Part shown: positions 53,258 to 64,000 of the stretch, in pieces
Position numbering within the stretch: the first letter of the stretch is position 1
Layout of the letters: each line of letters opens with the position of its first letter
Origin: Fimicolochytrium jonesii
Taxonomy: Eukaryota
Direction of reading: 5' to 3'
Assembly: GCF_025526975.1 (NCBI RefSeq)
Contig: NW_026515669.1
Span: 1,054,001-1,118,000 of the forward strand
Length of the DNA stretch: 64,000 nt
Program-made: the position numbers and the translations under genes
The notes under the pieces: generated by a model
The model's input: only the letters and a program-made list of their open reading frames with translations
Database searches by the model: none
What the model was told of the DNA's origin: nothing

Positions 53258-54115
53258 ATGACCACCCAAAGCTCCTCGGAGCCACCAGGGGCAACCACAG
53301 CATCACCCACAGCACGCACGTCACCACCAGACACCATCACGACGGACGGCCTGAACGAGATCAAGCCCGAACCGCTGAGCGGGCCCGGGCCCGACTCCTT
53401 CGATAAGCTCGCTCTCGTCGCCTCACCGACTGCTCTGTCCGACAACGGCAACCCTCTGCATGATGACGCTGAGAATAAGGACGACGACGACGACGAGGAT
53501 GAGACCGCGCCTCAAGACCGGTTGTTCGAGGACGCGTTGGAGCGGCATTTGAATCATCTGCTCATGTTTGCGGCGGCTGTGCAGGGCGTGCAGGAGGAGA
53601 ATCAGAATGATCTGTGGTTGACGGGTGCCTTGTGAGTTGGGGAAAGAAGAGCTGTGAAGGACTTGGGTTTTTGCTTCGAACAACTCGGTGATTGAACTAC
53701 CTACTTTTTTTTTCCAGAAATCAGCTGGCCGACGGACTAGGAGAGCTGGCTGGACTGTCGGAATCAATCGGGCATGAGCTACCATGGGCACTGACCGAGT
53801 AAGTTTCCCATCCGTCCTTAGCATATCGCGTTGCTCGCCATCTTCGCCACCCATTTGGGTTTCTGGCTTACGCTTTGCTTCTCCCCAATCAGACAAACGG
53901 ACGCAGGCGGCAACCCAATCGACACAATGCACGAATGGGCCAAAGCCCTCCTCGACAAGAACGCTAACATTGCTGGACGACTGCAAGGCATCGGGGCATT
54001 GAGGGACGAGCTGCGCAAGATGCAGCAAGACGCGGACGTGGGTGCTCCAACGGCTGTGAACGCGATGCCCGTGGGGATAGCTAACGGCGATACGACTGAT
54101 CGGCATGACGGATGA
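53258..54115 (+). CDS. MED10: Mediator subunit Med10/Nut2-like protein
   Basis: Three spliced exons give FEDALERHLNHLLMFAAAVQGVQEENQNDL...LNQLADGLGELAGL...LPWALTEQTDAGGNPIDTMHEWAKALLDKNANIAGRLQGIGALRDEL. This resembles the Med10 pattern P.E...ID.G.NP......N...GK, but is divergent. Confidence 0.65.
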
Positions 54116-55326
54116 CGATGCGGGGGGTGGGAGTGGAAAGACGGAAGAGGGGGAGACTTGCGGGAACGGCGTAGCACAGTCGACGTCGGGGCACGCCAAA
54201 CGGCGACCATATCCTCCTCTCTTTGGGCGGCAACGGAACGGATATCTGTTTCTCTACGCCTCCTCCACCGATGCACGTGATGAATCACCGTTGCGTTCAG
54301 AGCATGGGGTGGCGGAGGAGATAGGTGTTGGAGCCTTGGAGAGTGAATGGGCCGGGGTTGGGGGCGATGATGCAGGTTGTGGTGGGGGTGAGGGCGCTTT
54401 GGGGAGCAAGAGGACGCGAAATGGGGCGCTGGCAAACGGGGCAGTATGAGGCGGTCGCGTCCCGCACTCGATAGGATATGCCTTCATACAGTATCTTCAA
54501 CGGGCCCCCCACATACGTTCGACACCTACCACGATACAGGCACGGTCTCACCCTCACGTCACGCACACATCCCCGCATCCACAACCAGCCCAACGAACCT
54601 CACAGGCCATTCTCATCCCCGGGAAACGTATTCCCACCCCCCGCGAGACCCACGCAAAGCCGGAGCCTGCGGACCGCGGCATCACAGCACCTCCCAAGCA
54701 TCAAGCCCCTTCCTCCCGCAGTAAACGCAAAAGTCGAGCGAGGCCCACCCCGCACCCCGATCCCCATCCTCGGACATTGTCCACCAGGGCTGCCTGGTAT
54801 CAGTCTTGGGCAACCGGCGATGCAGCGGAAGGGGAAGGCGGACACGTACAGGACCCATGTCTGCACAACCCTCCTCACCACCCACTCCCCGCATGGTAAC
54901 ACCCGCTCCGAATCCACCGTCCACCCCGCAAATAACACAACACAACACAACACACGCATTCTCCCCAACTCGGCAGAAAAACACCCGCACAAACGTACGG
55001 AACGACACATAACGTGATTTCACAGAACCAATGTGACACCCCCTCTTTCTGGCAAAGGATAAAATGAATGAAATGAATATCACCCAATGATGTTTTGGTG
55101 GGGGGCGTTATGTACAGTTACGAAAAAAAGACAGTTTCGCCGCAAGTTCCCCCGTCTTGCCCATTTCCAGTTCCCTCTGCGCGGATTCAACCCGGTGTGT
55201 CGCGCGGGCAGGGGTAGGGGAATATACAGTATAGACAGTATAAACACGCAAACTGAAAGGGGGTGTGCCGCGCGCTCCCTTCGCTCCGGTCATGCACCCG
55301 CATCCATTCCGATTCGGACGTCTGAC

Positions 55327-55372
55327 GGGGGGGGGGGGGGGGGGGGGGGGGTATGGGTATGGGTATGGGTAT
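55327..55372 (+). repeat. Poly-G tract (25 G) followed by (GGGTAT)4; G-quadruplex-prone
   Basis: G run at 55327-55351, then gggtatgggtatgggtatgggtat, just past the stop codon of the SBF/MBF gene. Confidence 0.9.
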
Positions 55373-55387
55373 ATATGCGGGGGGGAA

Positions 55388-58300
55388 TCACGATATCCCC
55401 ATCGCTCCGCGGGTCTGCATGGGGGTACACGCTTCCAGTTCGGCGTCCTCCTGCGGCTCGGCCTCGGCGGCCTCGCCCAGCACGCCCTTCAGCACGCCGC
55501 CGACCACGCCCCTGCCCACGCCCACGACGCGGCCGACGATGCCCGCAAACCGCTCGTCCTTCCCCCGCCGCGCGTCCACCACGCCGCGGATGCCCTGCAG
55601 AGCCTCCGCGCGGTCCCGGTGCGAGTCCGCGAGCTGGTGCGTGAGGCGGGTGAGGTCCGTGCGCAGACGGAGGGTCGTGCGGCGCGAGGGGCGCGGGTGG
55701 CGTGTTGTTGTTGTTGTTGTTGGTACTGCTGCCGGGGGGTGGGATGCGAGGGCGGTGGTGGGGGAAATGAGGGCGGCGGTCTCGGGGTTGCGGAGCACCG
55801 CGTCGTCGGCTTCTTCGCCCCTGCCCAGGCCGTATGCGAGCTCCATGGGGTCGAGTTGGAAGTCGAGGTCGAGGCCGAGGGAGGTTGCGTCTGTGGAGGT
55901 GCGGCGGATGGCGGTGGGTTGTGGGTGTGGGTGTTGTGTCGGTGGTGGTGGTGGGGCTGGTGGTGGGATTGTGTTTGATGGTGTGATTGTTGAAGGCGGG
56001 CGCGGGGGCAGGCCGAGGTTTGTGCCTGTGGCGAATTTGGCGCCGGAGGAGGGGCGGCGGTCGCGGAGGTTGTGCGGTTGTGTTGGTTGGGCGGGCACGG
56101 TGCTGGTGCTGGTGGTGGGGTCGAGTGGCGAGAGGGAGCGTTTGCGTTTGTTACCAGCTGCCGCAGTATCTTCAGCCAGCGCCGCGAATGCTGCTGGCAC
56201 GGTCTTATCGTCACCCGCTCCTCCTCCATCATCCACCTCCATCTTCTCCCCTGCGCCCTCCTTGCTTTCTCCCCCATCGCCAGCCATTCGTCCCACAGGC
56301 GGGGGGTCAATAACCATAGCGTCATCATCCACCTTCTCCACCTCCCCCGTTTTCTCCTTCTCATCCCTCTTCTCCTCCCCCTTCTCAACCCTAACCCCAA
56401 CACTACTCCCCCTCCTCCTCTCTGTAATCCCTGCACCCGCACCCGCACCCTCCCCTCCAACGCTACTCCTCCTCCTAACCCGCATATCCCTCCACCTCTC
56501 CCCAACCCGCTCCTCATACCGCCGCACGCTATCCTCCAACCCCCTCGCCTCCTCGCTCAACACGCCCATCCGGTGTTTCTTGAGCTTGAGTTCCTCGAGC
56601 TCGCGGTGAGCGCCGGAGAGACGGCGGCGGGCTGTCTCGACAAGGGCGCGGTGCGCGGTGTGTGGGTTGGTGAAGCGCGGGGTGGGGTGGGGGGATGTGG
56701 GGAGGAGGGTTGATAGGACTATTAAAAGAAAAGTGAGAGTGGGTGGGGGGGGGGGGGGGGGGTTTGATTAGAATCCTCGTATGACGTGAGTTTGCGATAC
56801 GGGGTGAATAAATCGTACTTACTCTTCTCGGCCCTCTCCCCATAAAACGCATCCAAACACCTCATCGTCTGCTCATGCAACGCCTTCTCCGCCGGCGTCG
56901 GGCTCGGCTCGCGTTCCAGGTCGTCCACCTCCGAATCCGACGGCTCGCCTGCTACCGCCACGGTCGGCGGCGCAGACAACGATTCTACCGCGTCGTCGTC
57001 GTCATCACTGCTTCCCGCCCCATCCTCGTCCGCAACCTCCGCATTGTAAAGCATAGCAACCAACCGCGGGTCCCCCTTGGCGAGATCCAACGGCGTCACC
57101 CGTTTCCAATTCCCCACATCCCACTCCGCGCCCAACCCGAGCAGGATCCTGACCAAGCCCCTGTTCCGCGCTCTACACGCGTAATGCAGCGCCGTGTTCC
57201 CATTCCCATCCTGCGCGTTCACCACCTTCGGTATCAGCTCCCTCGCTTCCTCGTACTCGCTCTTGAGCGCCTCCGCAAGGTGGGTGAGGTAATAATGCGC
57301 GGCGGCCCACAGGTCCCGGCGACGCGCGGCGCGGCAGACGTGGTGGAAGACGGTGCGGTGGTGGGGGTCGGTGAGGTAGACGGTGGAGGACAGTAAAGGG
57401 GCGATTTGAGAAAAGGTTTGGTGGTTGTAGGGGGCGAGGTGGTAGACGGCGCGCATGAGCGGGGTGTCGTAGGTTTTGCGCGGGGGGTGGAGGAGGGCTT
57501 GGGCGTCTTTTTCTTTTTCTTGTGGCTGGGGCGGGTCGAGGGTTTGGGCTACGCCAAAGGGATCCGCGCCGTGGTCTAGTAAGGCTTTAACTAACGCGAC
57601 GCGCCCGGACGCCGTGGCTAGATGCAAGAGCGTCAGCCCGTTCTTGCTGTCAACGACCATGTTTACGTCCGGTTTGCTGATGAACCCCGGGTGCGGCTGG
57701 TTGGGGGGTACGGGCGCGGCGGGCGGCTGCATGCTCGCGATGATTTTGGCGGCGCCCGAGTCGGGGTAGAGAAAGAAGCTGGAGAGGACGTCGCGTTGGC
57801 GTTGGTGGAAGGCTAGGAGTTTTGCGCGGGTTTCGGGGTCCATTTCTGGTTTGGAGGGTGGTTGTTCTGCTTCCTCGATTGTGTTGGTGCGGGTGCGGTC
57901 GAAGGGGGTGGTTGTCGCGGTAGGGTTAGGATGGACCGACTCTGCTGCGGGTGTATCTTCGTTGTCGTGGGTGCCTGCTGTCTTTGGGGTATTGGCGCCA
58001 GACGGTCCAACGCTGTTGTTGAGATTGTTGTAGGCGTGCTGGGCCGCGATACTCAGGAGATTGATCATGGCTAGCTGTTGGTATGCTGAATGGACGTTCG
58101 ACGAGGGGGGTCCAGGTTGTTGAGGAAGTAGCTGACCCGTGGGGTTGAGAGGGCCGCCACTGATAAATGCGGCCGCCGGTGTCGACGAACTACCTGCAGC
58201 ATTGACATCCCCAGCACCACCCGCACGCGGAGTGGATGCATTGGACGACTGTGCAGTGTTAGCCGCCTGCAACAGCTGCTGCATCCCGATAGAACTGAAC

Positions 58301-59627
58301 AACGAGCGCAGCTGTGCATCCATGTTTGCGCTGCTCATATTTGTGGGCGTTGCATGACCCGATAACTGTCGAGACATGCGAGCCGTGGCGGGGTAAGCTT
58401 CTTCCCATGCGATACTGCTCAAACCTCCAGAATGCTCGTCTATTGCGCCAAGATGGCGGCCGCCGTAAAGGGGGGGCGGTGGGTCCCCCTCTCCGAGTCT
58501 CCTAAGCACACCAAATGCAGCATGCGGGCTGCCTTCTCGACTTGTATAAGCGGATGCGCTACGAGAATGCAGACGAGATGGCGGTGCCGAGAGATTGTCA
58601 GGAAGGGAGATATGGTCGGGCAGTCCACCGCTGCCACTCGCATAGGAAGGGTATGCCCCGCTGAGGTAGCTCAAGAAATGGTCGTCGTCTGCTGCAGTTT
58701 GGGTGGGTGAACCGGGGTATGAGCCGGTTGGGTTCCTTTGCATGAGGATGTCGATGCGTCGTTTTTCACGTTGTGTTTCACGTTCTCGTTCCCGTTCTGG
58801 TAGTAACGAGCGCATGTTGGGTGGTTTTGGCCCAACAATCCCTGTCTCTGGGTCGAATTCAAACAACGGTTGAAGTGTCTTGTCCACGTTGTATCTGGGA
58901 CGATGGATAAGCAAAGTGAATGAGCGAAGTAAAGTAGATGAGCGAAGTGAAAGTAGATGAGCGAAGCGAAGCCATCAACCTCCATCAACGCCATCAATCC
59001 ATCATCCAGCAACAAAATGATACCCTGCTCGCTCCGCTCGCGAGAGGATGTTGGGTTGCGGTGGTCGGAGCGTAGCTCGCTGTCGCTCGCAAACCTCGCA
59101 TGGCTCACGCCTGAAGCATTCCTGCGCCTCCGGCGCAGAGGGGGGCGCTCGCTGTCGCTCGACTTCTCCTCGCTTCGCTCGGAATCGCTCCTCCTCGCTC
59201 CTCCTCGCTCCGCTCGGAGTCGGACTCACCTCCCAGCAAGACTTTTTCCGATATGCAAGGGAATCCAAGTCCCTTGAAACTTCCCATAACCTCCTTGAAT
59301 CTTCTCGTGTTCGCCGGGCAAAATCTCTCTTTCCAAAATCTTTGTGCGCTTTGGCTTACTGAACCCAGCGACTTTGAGTATCTGAGTTGCGTTCATGTAC
59401 GAGTCACCCATTCTGCGCATGACGGGGGTATCGCCGCACATCATTTCGTATACGGGGACGCCGGAGTAGATTGCAGAGTAGATGGGCGAGCCGGAAGCCT
59501 CGAGAGGGCCGAGGTGGAATAGGGCGTGGTCGTTGTCGTGGACGGAGAGGGAGGTGTAGTCTTCTTTGATGTCTGTGTAGTAAGGGGTGTGGGGCTGGGG
59601 TGGTGTTGGCGGTGGTGGTGGTGGTGG

Positions 59628-59658
<31 letters not shown>

Positions 59659-59693
59659 GAGGAGGAGCTACTGGGTGCTGCCGCAGGGTCCAT
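55388..59693 (-). CDS. SBF/MBF G1-S transcription factor subunit (Mbp1/Swi4/Res-like): KilA-N/APSES domain, ankyrin repeats, C-terminal coiled coil
   Basis: IYSAIYSGVPVYEMM...VMRRMGDSYMNATQILKVAGFSKPKRTKILEREILPGEHEKIQGGYGKFQGTWIPL. Ankyrin segments GLTLLHLATASGRVALVKALLDHGAD, TPLMRAV, HRTVFHH and GNTALHYAC. Three exons. Confidence 0.93.
58920..59220. repeat. Repeat-rich intron: tandem ATGAGCGAAG(T) units and an inverted GAGCGAAGCGA/TCGCTTCGCTC pair
   Basis: Three ~18-19-bp units at 58920-58971. Perfect 11-bp inverted repeat at 58959-58969 and 59170-59180. Direct repeat GCTCGCTGTCGCTCG near 59076 and 59146. Confidence 0.75.
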
Positions 59694-60258
59694 GTTGACT
59701 GAGTGTGTGTGAAGATGCCAAGTGTGTGTGTGTGTGCCTGACGCTTTTTTGACTGTGCGAAGGGAGGGGGGGGAAGATGAGGAGCGGTGGGGGATAGGAG
59801 AGTGGGTCTCTCCGGTTGGGTTGGGTTGGTTTGTAGGCAGAGGGACAATAAGCGGGGGGGACGAGGGGGGTTGCAGTACATACGTAGGTGAGTGAGTGAG
59901 TGAGTGAGTCAGTTGAGTGGGCGGGGGGAGTGAGTGGGTGATGCCTCTCTTTACTCTTTTCGACAGCCCCACATGCCACTGTCATTCCCCCGTTCTCCCC
60001 CCCCTTCCAGATCCATCCAGAGAGATGTGTGGCGCACGGAGTGGCGTGTGCGTGGCTTGCTTGCTCCCCCCCATGGTCAGTCATGGCGAGAGAGGGGTGA
60101 CGGCGAGACGCGCGTGGGCAATATATAGACCCTCGTCTCGGGGACAAGAGGACAGTGGGACGGACACCCACCCCATCTCGCACCTCCAACACCCCCCCCC
60201 CCCCCCTCCTTCCCCCCTAACTGCACACTCCCATAAGAGTCCCTCCAACCGTCGCACA

Positions 60259-62464
60259 ATGACAACCGCAGACCCAGCCGCCCCCTCCTCTTCCTCCTCC
60301 TCCTCCTCCTCCACCAACCACCCAGCGCACGCCCTCCACGATGCCCTCGCCCTCCTCTCCGACCCCACCGCCACACCCGAGTCGCTATCAGCCGCCTTAC
60401 AGACCATCCACCTCGCTCTCGAAGGTATAGCTCGTCCCCCACATCTTAACCGCCCCTGTATTGGTCCCCAAATTCTCACTGAATGGTCTCGCAAATAGGG
60501 AGGAACGCCCGCGATGTGACGGCTTTCATGCAGACGTACGACGTCACCCCCGCGCCGTTTGTGGCGCTGTTAGGACGGGCGACGACGGAGGATGCGGTGG
60601 GGATGGTTGCAAGGATTGTGGAGCGGTTGTTGGTGCCGCTTACGTTTGGGGAGGTTGTAAGGGATTATCAGGTTCGTGTTCCGATCCCAAAGTGATTCGC
60701 GTTTGCGACGAAGAGTTCGGTCGGTGACTGTTACTTTGATTCCCCCAGCCGCTGGTATTGCAAGGCCTGTCGAGCCCAAGCGGCAGCGCGCGGAAGCTCG
60801 CCCTTGCGGCGCTGGAGAAGGCTGCGGGGGATCCCAAGGATGTGGATGCGTTGGTATGTTTCTGCTACTCGGACGAAGGGATGGACGACAGATGTGGGGA
60901 GGATTTACGGACCATTCGGGTTTCTCCGTCTGTATATGTAGGTCCACTCGGAGTTCTTTGCACCGCTCCTCGAATGCATCGCCTTCCCGGACGTGGATGT
61001 CGCGTTACGGGTTCAGGCCCTCATCTTTGAGGTGACGCTCTCTTTCGCCTGTCTATCCTCGCCGCCCCCCCTCTCATCCCCCCCAATCCAACAGCTCGCC
61101 CTCACCCCTCCGGGCCTCGCATCCCTCACCGACCCCTCCACTGTCGCCCTCCTCACCCGCCTAACCCACCACACCACGGAAACAACCAAATTCCGCGTCT
61201 ACGACCTCTGCGTCCGGATCGCGTCCACGTCCCCACAGGCCCTCGACGCGTGTCTCCGCGCAGGCGTGTTGAAAGATCTGCTGGAGGAGCTGCAGGTGGA
61301 GGGGGATGTGTTGGGACGGTTGAATGTCGTGCAGGTGTTCACTCGGGTGGGTGTATACGTGTGTCCACGGGGGCATTTCAAGTCGCATGGGCCATCGATA
61401 TGCTGATAGTTTCCTCTCGTGGTTTTTAGTTCCTTGACACAGACCCAGGCGTAACGTTCATGGGAAACACCCCCGTCCTTTCGCAGCTCGCTTCCCTCCT
61501 CGACGGGGAGATGGAGGAGATCGATGACGTGCTCGTGGGATGCGCCGTGGTCAAGTTCTTTGCGGAGATGGCTGCGAAGAGGGTAAGTCTCTCTCTCTCA
61601 CACACACACACACACTTCCCCCCCTGTCAAAACCGGTTGTCCGCGGACCACATAGTCACCCCACTAACACGATATAACCCTTCCAGCCATCAGAATTCCT
61701 CACCTTCGCCACCTCCCACCCCCTCCTCGCAACCCTCACCCGGCACCTCACCCCTTCCTCCCCCACCCAAACCGCCCTCCCCCTCGCCACCCTCACCCTG
61801 CTCGCCAACCTCGGCGCCACACCCGCCGGGCTCCTCCACCTCCACCGCGAACACGCCTTCCTCGACCACTACCTCGCCCTGGCCCCGCCCGCGACGGGGG
61901 AGCTCAAGCTGGCCGTCCTGCAAGCCGCCAGCTGTCTCGTCGGCTGCACACCCCCCCCCGACGCGGACGCCGGCGTCCTCACCGACCTCACCCACGCGAT
62001 CTTCCTCCGCGTCCTCGCCGCGTCGCCGGAGGCCCCACCCCCGCATCTAGCGCGACTCCTCCCCTACGCCCGCTCCGCGTTCGTCGACCAGCGCGTCGCG
62101 GCCTGTGCGCTGTTTGCCGCCGCCGCCGCGCATGCGTGGGGCGTCACCGAGGCGAACGCCGATGCCGAGTTTGTGAGGTGGCTGCTGGAGAGGCAGGGGG
62201 AGGCGGAGACTGTCGTCAAGGTATGTTTAAAACCTTTCTTTGGGTGCTGTACACACTTCTACCCCGTGTGTCCACCGACGGTTGACCCCCTTTGGCATAT
62301 GGTATGCGTAGGAATGGAAGTACGCGATCATCAAGCGACTGAACACGCACCCGCTCGCGGGGCAGCTGCTTGCGCCCGATCTGCGGGCACGCTTCGGGAC
62401 GTATATTGCGCAGGGCCCGTTTTATAGGGCTGTTGAGCCTGTTGTTGCTTTTGGGGGGGCGTAA
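60259..62464 (+). CDS. PSMD5: 26S proteasome assembly chaperone PSMD5/S5b (Hsm3-like ARM/HEAT protein)
   Basis: Multi-exon helical protein with KFRVYDLCVRIASTS...LEELQVEGDVLGRLNVVQ, VVKFFAEMA and C-terminal EWKYAII...TYIAQGPFYRAVEPVVAF, typical of PSMD5. Confidence 0.8.
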
Positions 62465-62767
62465 TCATGGAGGGGTGTCCTGTATATTGGGAGCGGCAGT
62501 ATGCGTTGATGGTGAATTCACAGATGGCGGTGGGGGGATGTAGTCTATGTAGGTTTTGTGTAGATACGGTATGGTGGATTCTATGATAGGGGATTTTGAC
62601 CTCAGCAGTACGCCGTGGAAATGCTGAGGCTCAACGATGCTTTGGTGCTGTGATATGGGCCCTGCCGCCCAAGTGTGCCCCCCTCACCGGTCGATCTTTG
62701 CCAGTACGCAGCTTCCATCATTGTACGAGTTTCTCGCCCACTGGTGTTCAAAGAAATGAAAAAAACG

Positions 62768-64000
62768 TCAGCAACAGAATCCACGAAGAGCGGCTACGTT
62801 GTACTCAGGGTACTGTAGGCCGCACCAACTGCCCTCACAACACCACCACTTACTTTCCCAAAACTGCTCCTCCAGCACCGTCGCCTGCCTAAACGTATCA
62901 CACAGCTGCTTGATCCTCTTCGTGTTCCCCTCAGGCACCATCTCCTCAAACAAGCTCTCCAACAGCTCCCTCCCCTCCCGCACAGCCGCCTGGAAATCCT
63001 CCTTCGCATAATTCTGGATCCACGGCCAGTAGATGTTCCCCTCTCTCTTCGTGTTGGGGTCGTTAGCGAGTCGCAGTCCGATCTCGCCGTAGCCGAGGAG
63101 GCAGGGGGCGAGGGCGACGCGCAGGTCGAGGCGGTCGCCGGACATGCCTTTTTCGAGGACGTAGCGGGTGTAGGCGAGGTTCGGGGTGGCTTCGGGGGTG
63201 GCTTCGAGGGTGGGGAGGGTGATGCCCCATTGTTCGCAGAACTGGGGTGTGTGTGTGGGGGGGGGGAGTGAAGTGAGTTGGGGGACGAGCTAGGGAACTG
63301 TGAAGGCCCGTGGAGGGTATTGACAATTTACCTTGACATGCATCTGACACTCATGCCCAATATGCACCACAATCTGCGCCGCCTTCACAATCTGCGCCAT
63401 GTCATGCTCCCGATACGCAGCCAGCGCATTCGCCCGCGCGTAATGCTTCAGGAAGATATAGTCCTGGCGAATATAGTGCTTGAAGCTCTGGATGGGCAGT
63501 GTCCCGTCCGCGAGACCGAGAACGAAGGGGTGTTCGACGTATCGCCGCCATTCTTCGGGGCAGGTGGCGAGGAGGGTTTCGACGAATGAGCGTTTGGGTT
63601 TGACGGGGCCGTTGGAGGAGACGGTGAGGGGAGAGGGGGCGGAGGGAAAGTGGTTGAGCGGGCCTGCACCGTGCCCGATGGTGAAACTTGTGGAGAGGCC
63701 TTTGGAGACGAACTCGATGGCTTCTTTCACAGCCAGTGGCACTGAGAAGCGTGGATGAATTTCGCGTTACGACGACCGAAACTACAGATATCAACGGCGC
63801 AGAGACTTACCATCCATATTCTTCGCAAGCCCCGCCGTAATCGCAGCCGACAACGTGCATCCCGTCCCATGGGTAGCCTTCGTGTCCAAAAACGGATGCA
63901 CAAACTCCACAAACTCCCGTCCATCATACAGCACATCAATCACATGCGCATCTTTCGCGCCAGCGAGTATGCTTGCCCCGCTCTTCGTCATCGGCAAATG
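62768..64000 (-). CDS. THI20: Thi20/21-type HMP(-P) kinase fused to TenA thiaminase II (5' part outside the window)
   Basis: Kinase end motifs THGTGCTLSAAITAGLA and IGHGAGPLNHF. TenA motifs HPFVLGLADGTL, FKHYIRQDYIFLKHYARA, LAYTRYVLE, ALAPCLLGY (catalytic Cys) and LEEQFW. Confidence 0.93.

Noticed and set aside
55349..55372. (GGGTAT)4 as an interstitial telomere
   Set aside because: Only four units, not TTAGGG, and located in a 3' UTR-like position.
55353..56609. Long + strand ORF of 418 aa (similarly 10207-10776, 28493-29275 and 53423-54199)
   Set aside because: Antisense shadows of GC-rich real genes on the opposite strand.
62768..64000. TPP riboswitch in THI20 introns; C-terminal CC as a prenylation signal
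   Set aside because: The visible introns are short and lack the aptamer consensus. The terminal exon (TALRGFCC) is only a manual splice prediction.

Overview
Eukaryotic, intron-rich (GT-AG, mostly ~50-100 nt introns), GC-rich fungal genomic DNA. Fungal-type genes (Zn(II)2Cys6 factor, KilA-N/ankyrin SBF/MBF subunit, Arg5,6 polyprotein, Thi20-type fusion) occur alongside a Tubby protein and a spastin with an N-terminal membrane segment. This points to an early-diverging, probably flagellated (chytrid-like) fungus; that is an inference. About 20 protein-coding genes were reconstructed by hand from splice signals: TIM21, Zn2Cys6 TF, PPT1, PP2C, MRC1, spastin, ARG5,6, myotubularin, Tubby, SFH1-GATA, RPL24, SDR, a multipass membrane protein, a PAN/apple type-I membrane protein, a BRCT protein, a secreted phosphoesterase, BCS1, MED10, an SBF/MBF subunit, PSMD5 and THI20. 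Gene-poor stretches hold decayed elements: a MITE-like element at ~15.8-16.4 kb and a Mutator-like relic at ~37-38 kb. The most interesting signals are (1) a Tubby protein with an N-terminal Sld2/RECQL4-N-like domain; (2) a repeated sub-kilobase C/A-rich to G/T-rich strand-skew oscillation that flips synonymous codon use inside exons; (3) an ascomycete-like SDR sitting in a transposon graveyard; and (4) clustered Pho4-like and Gcn4-like sites upstream of functionally matching genes. No rRNA, tRNA or CRISPR array was seen. Exon boundaries are manual and no database searches were run.
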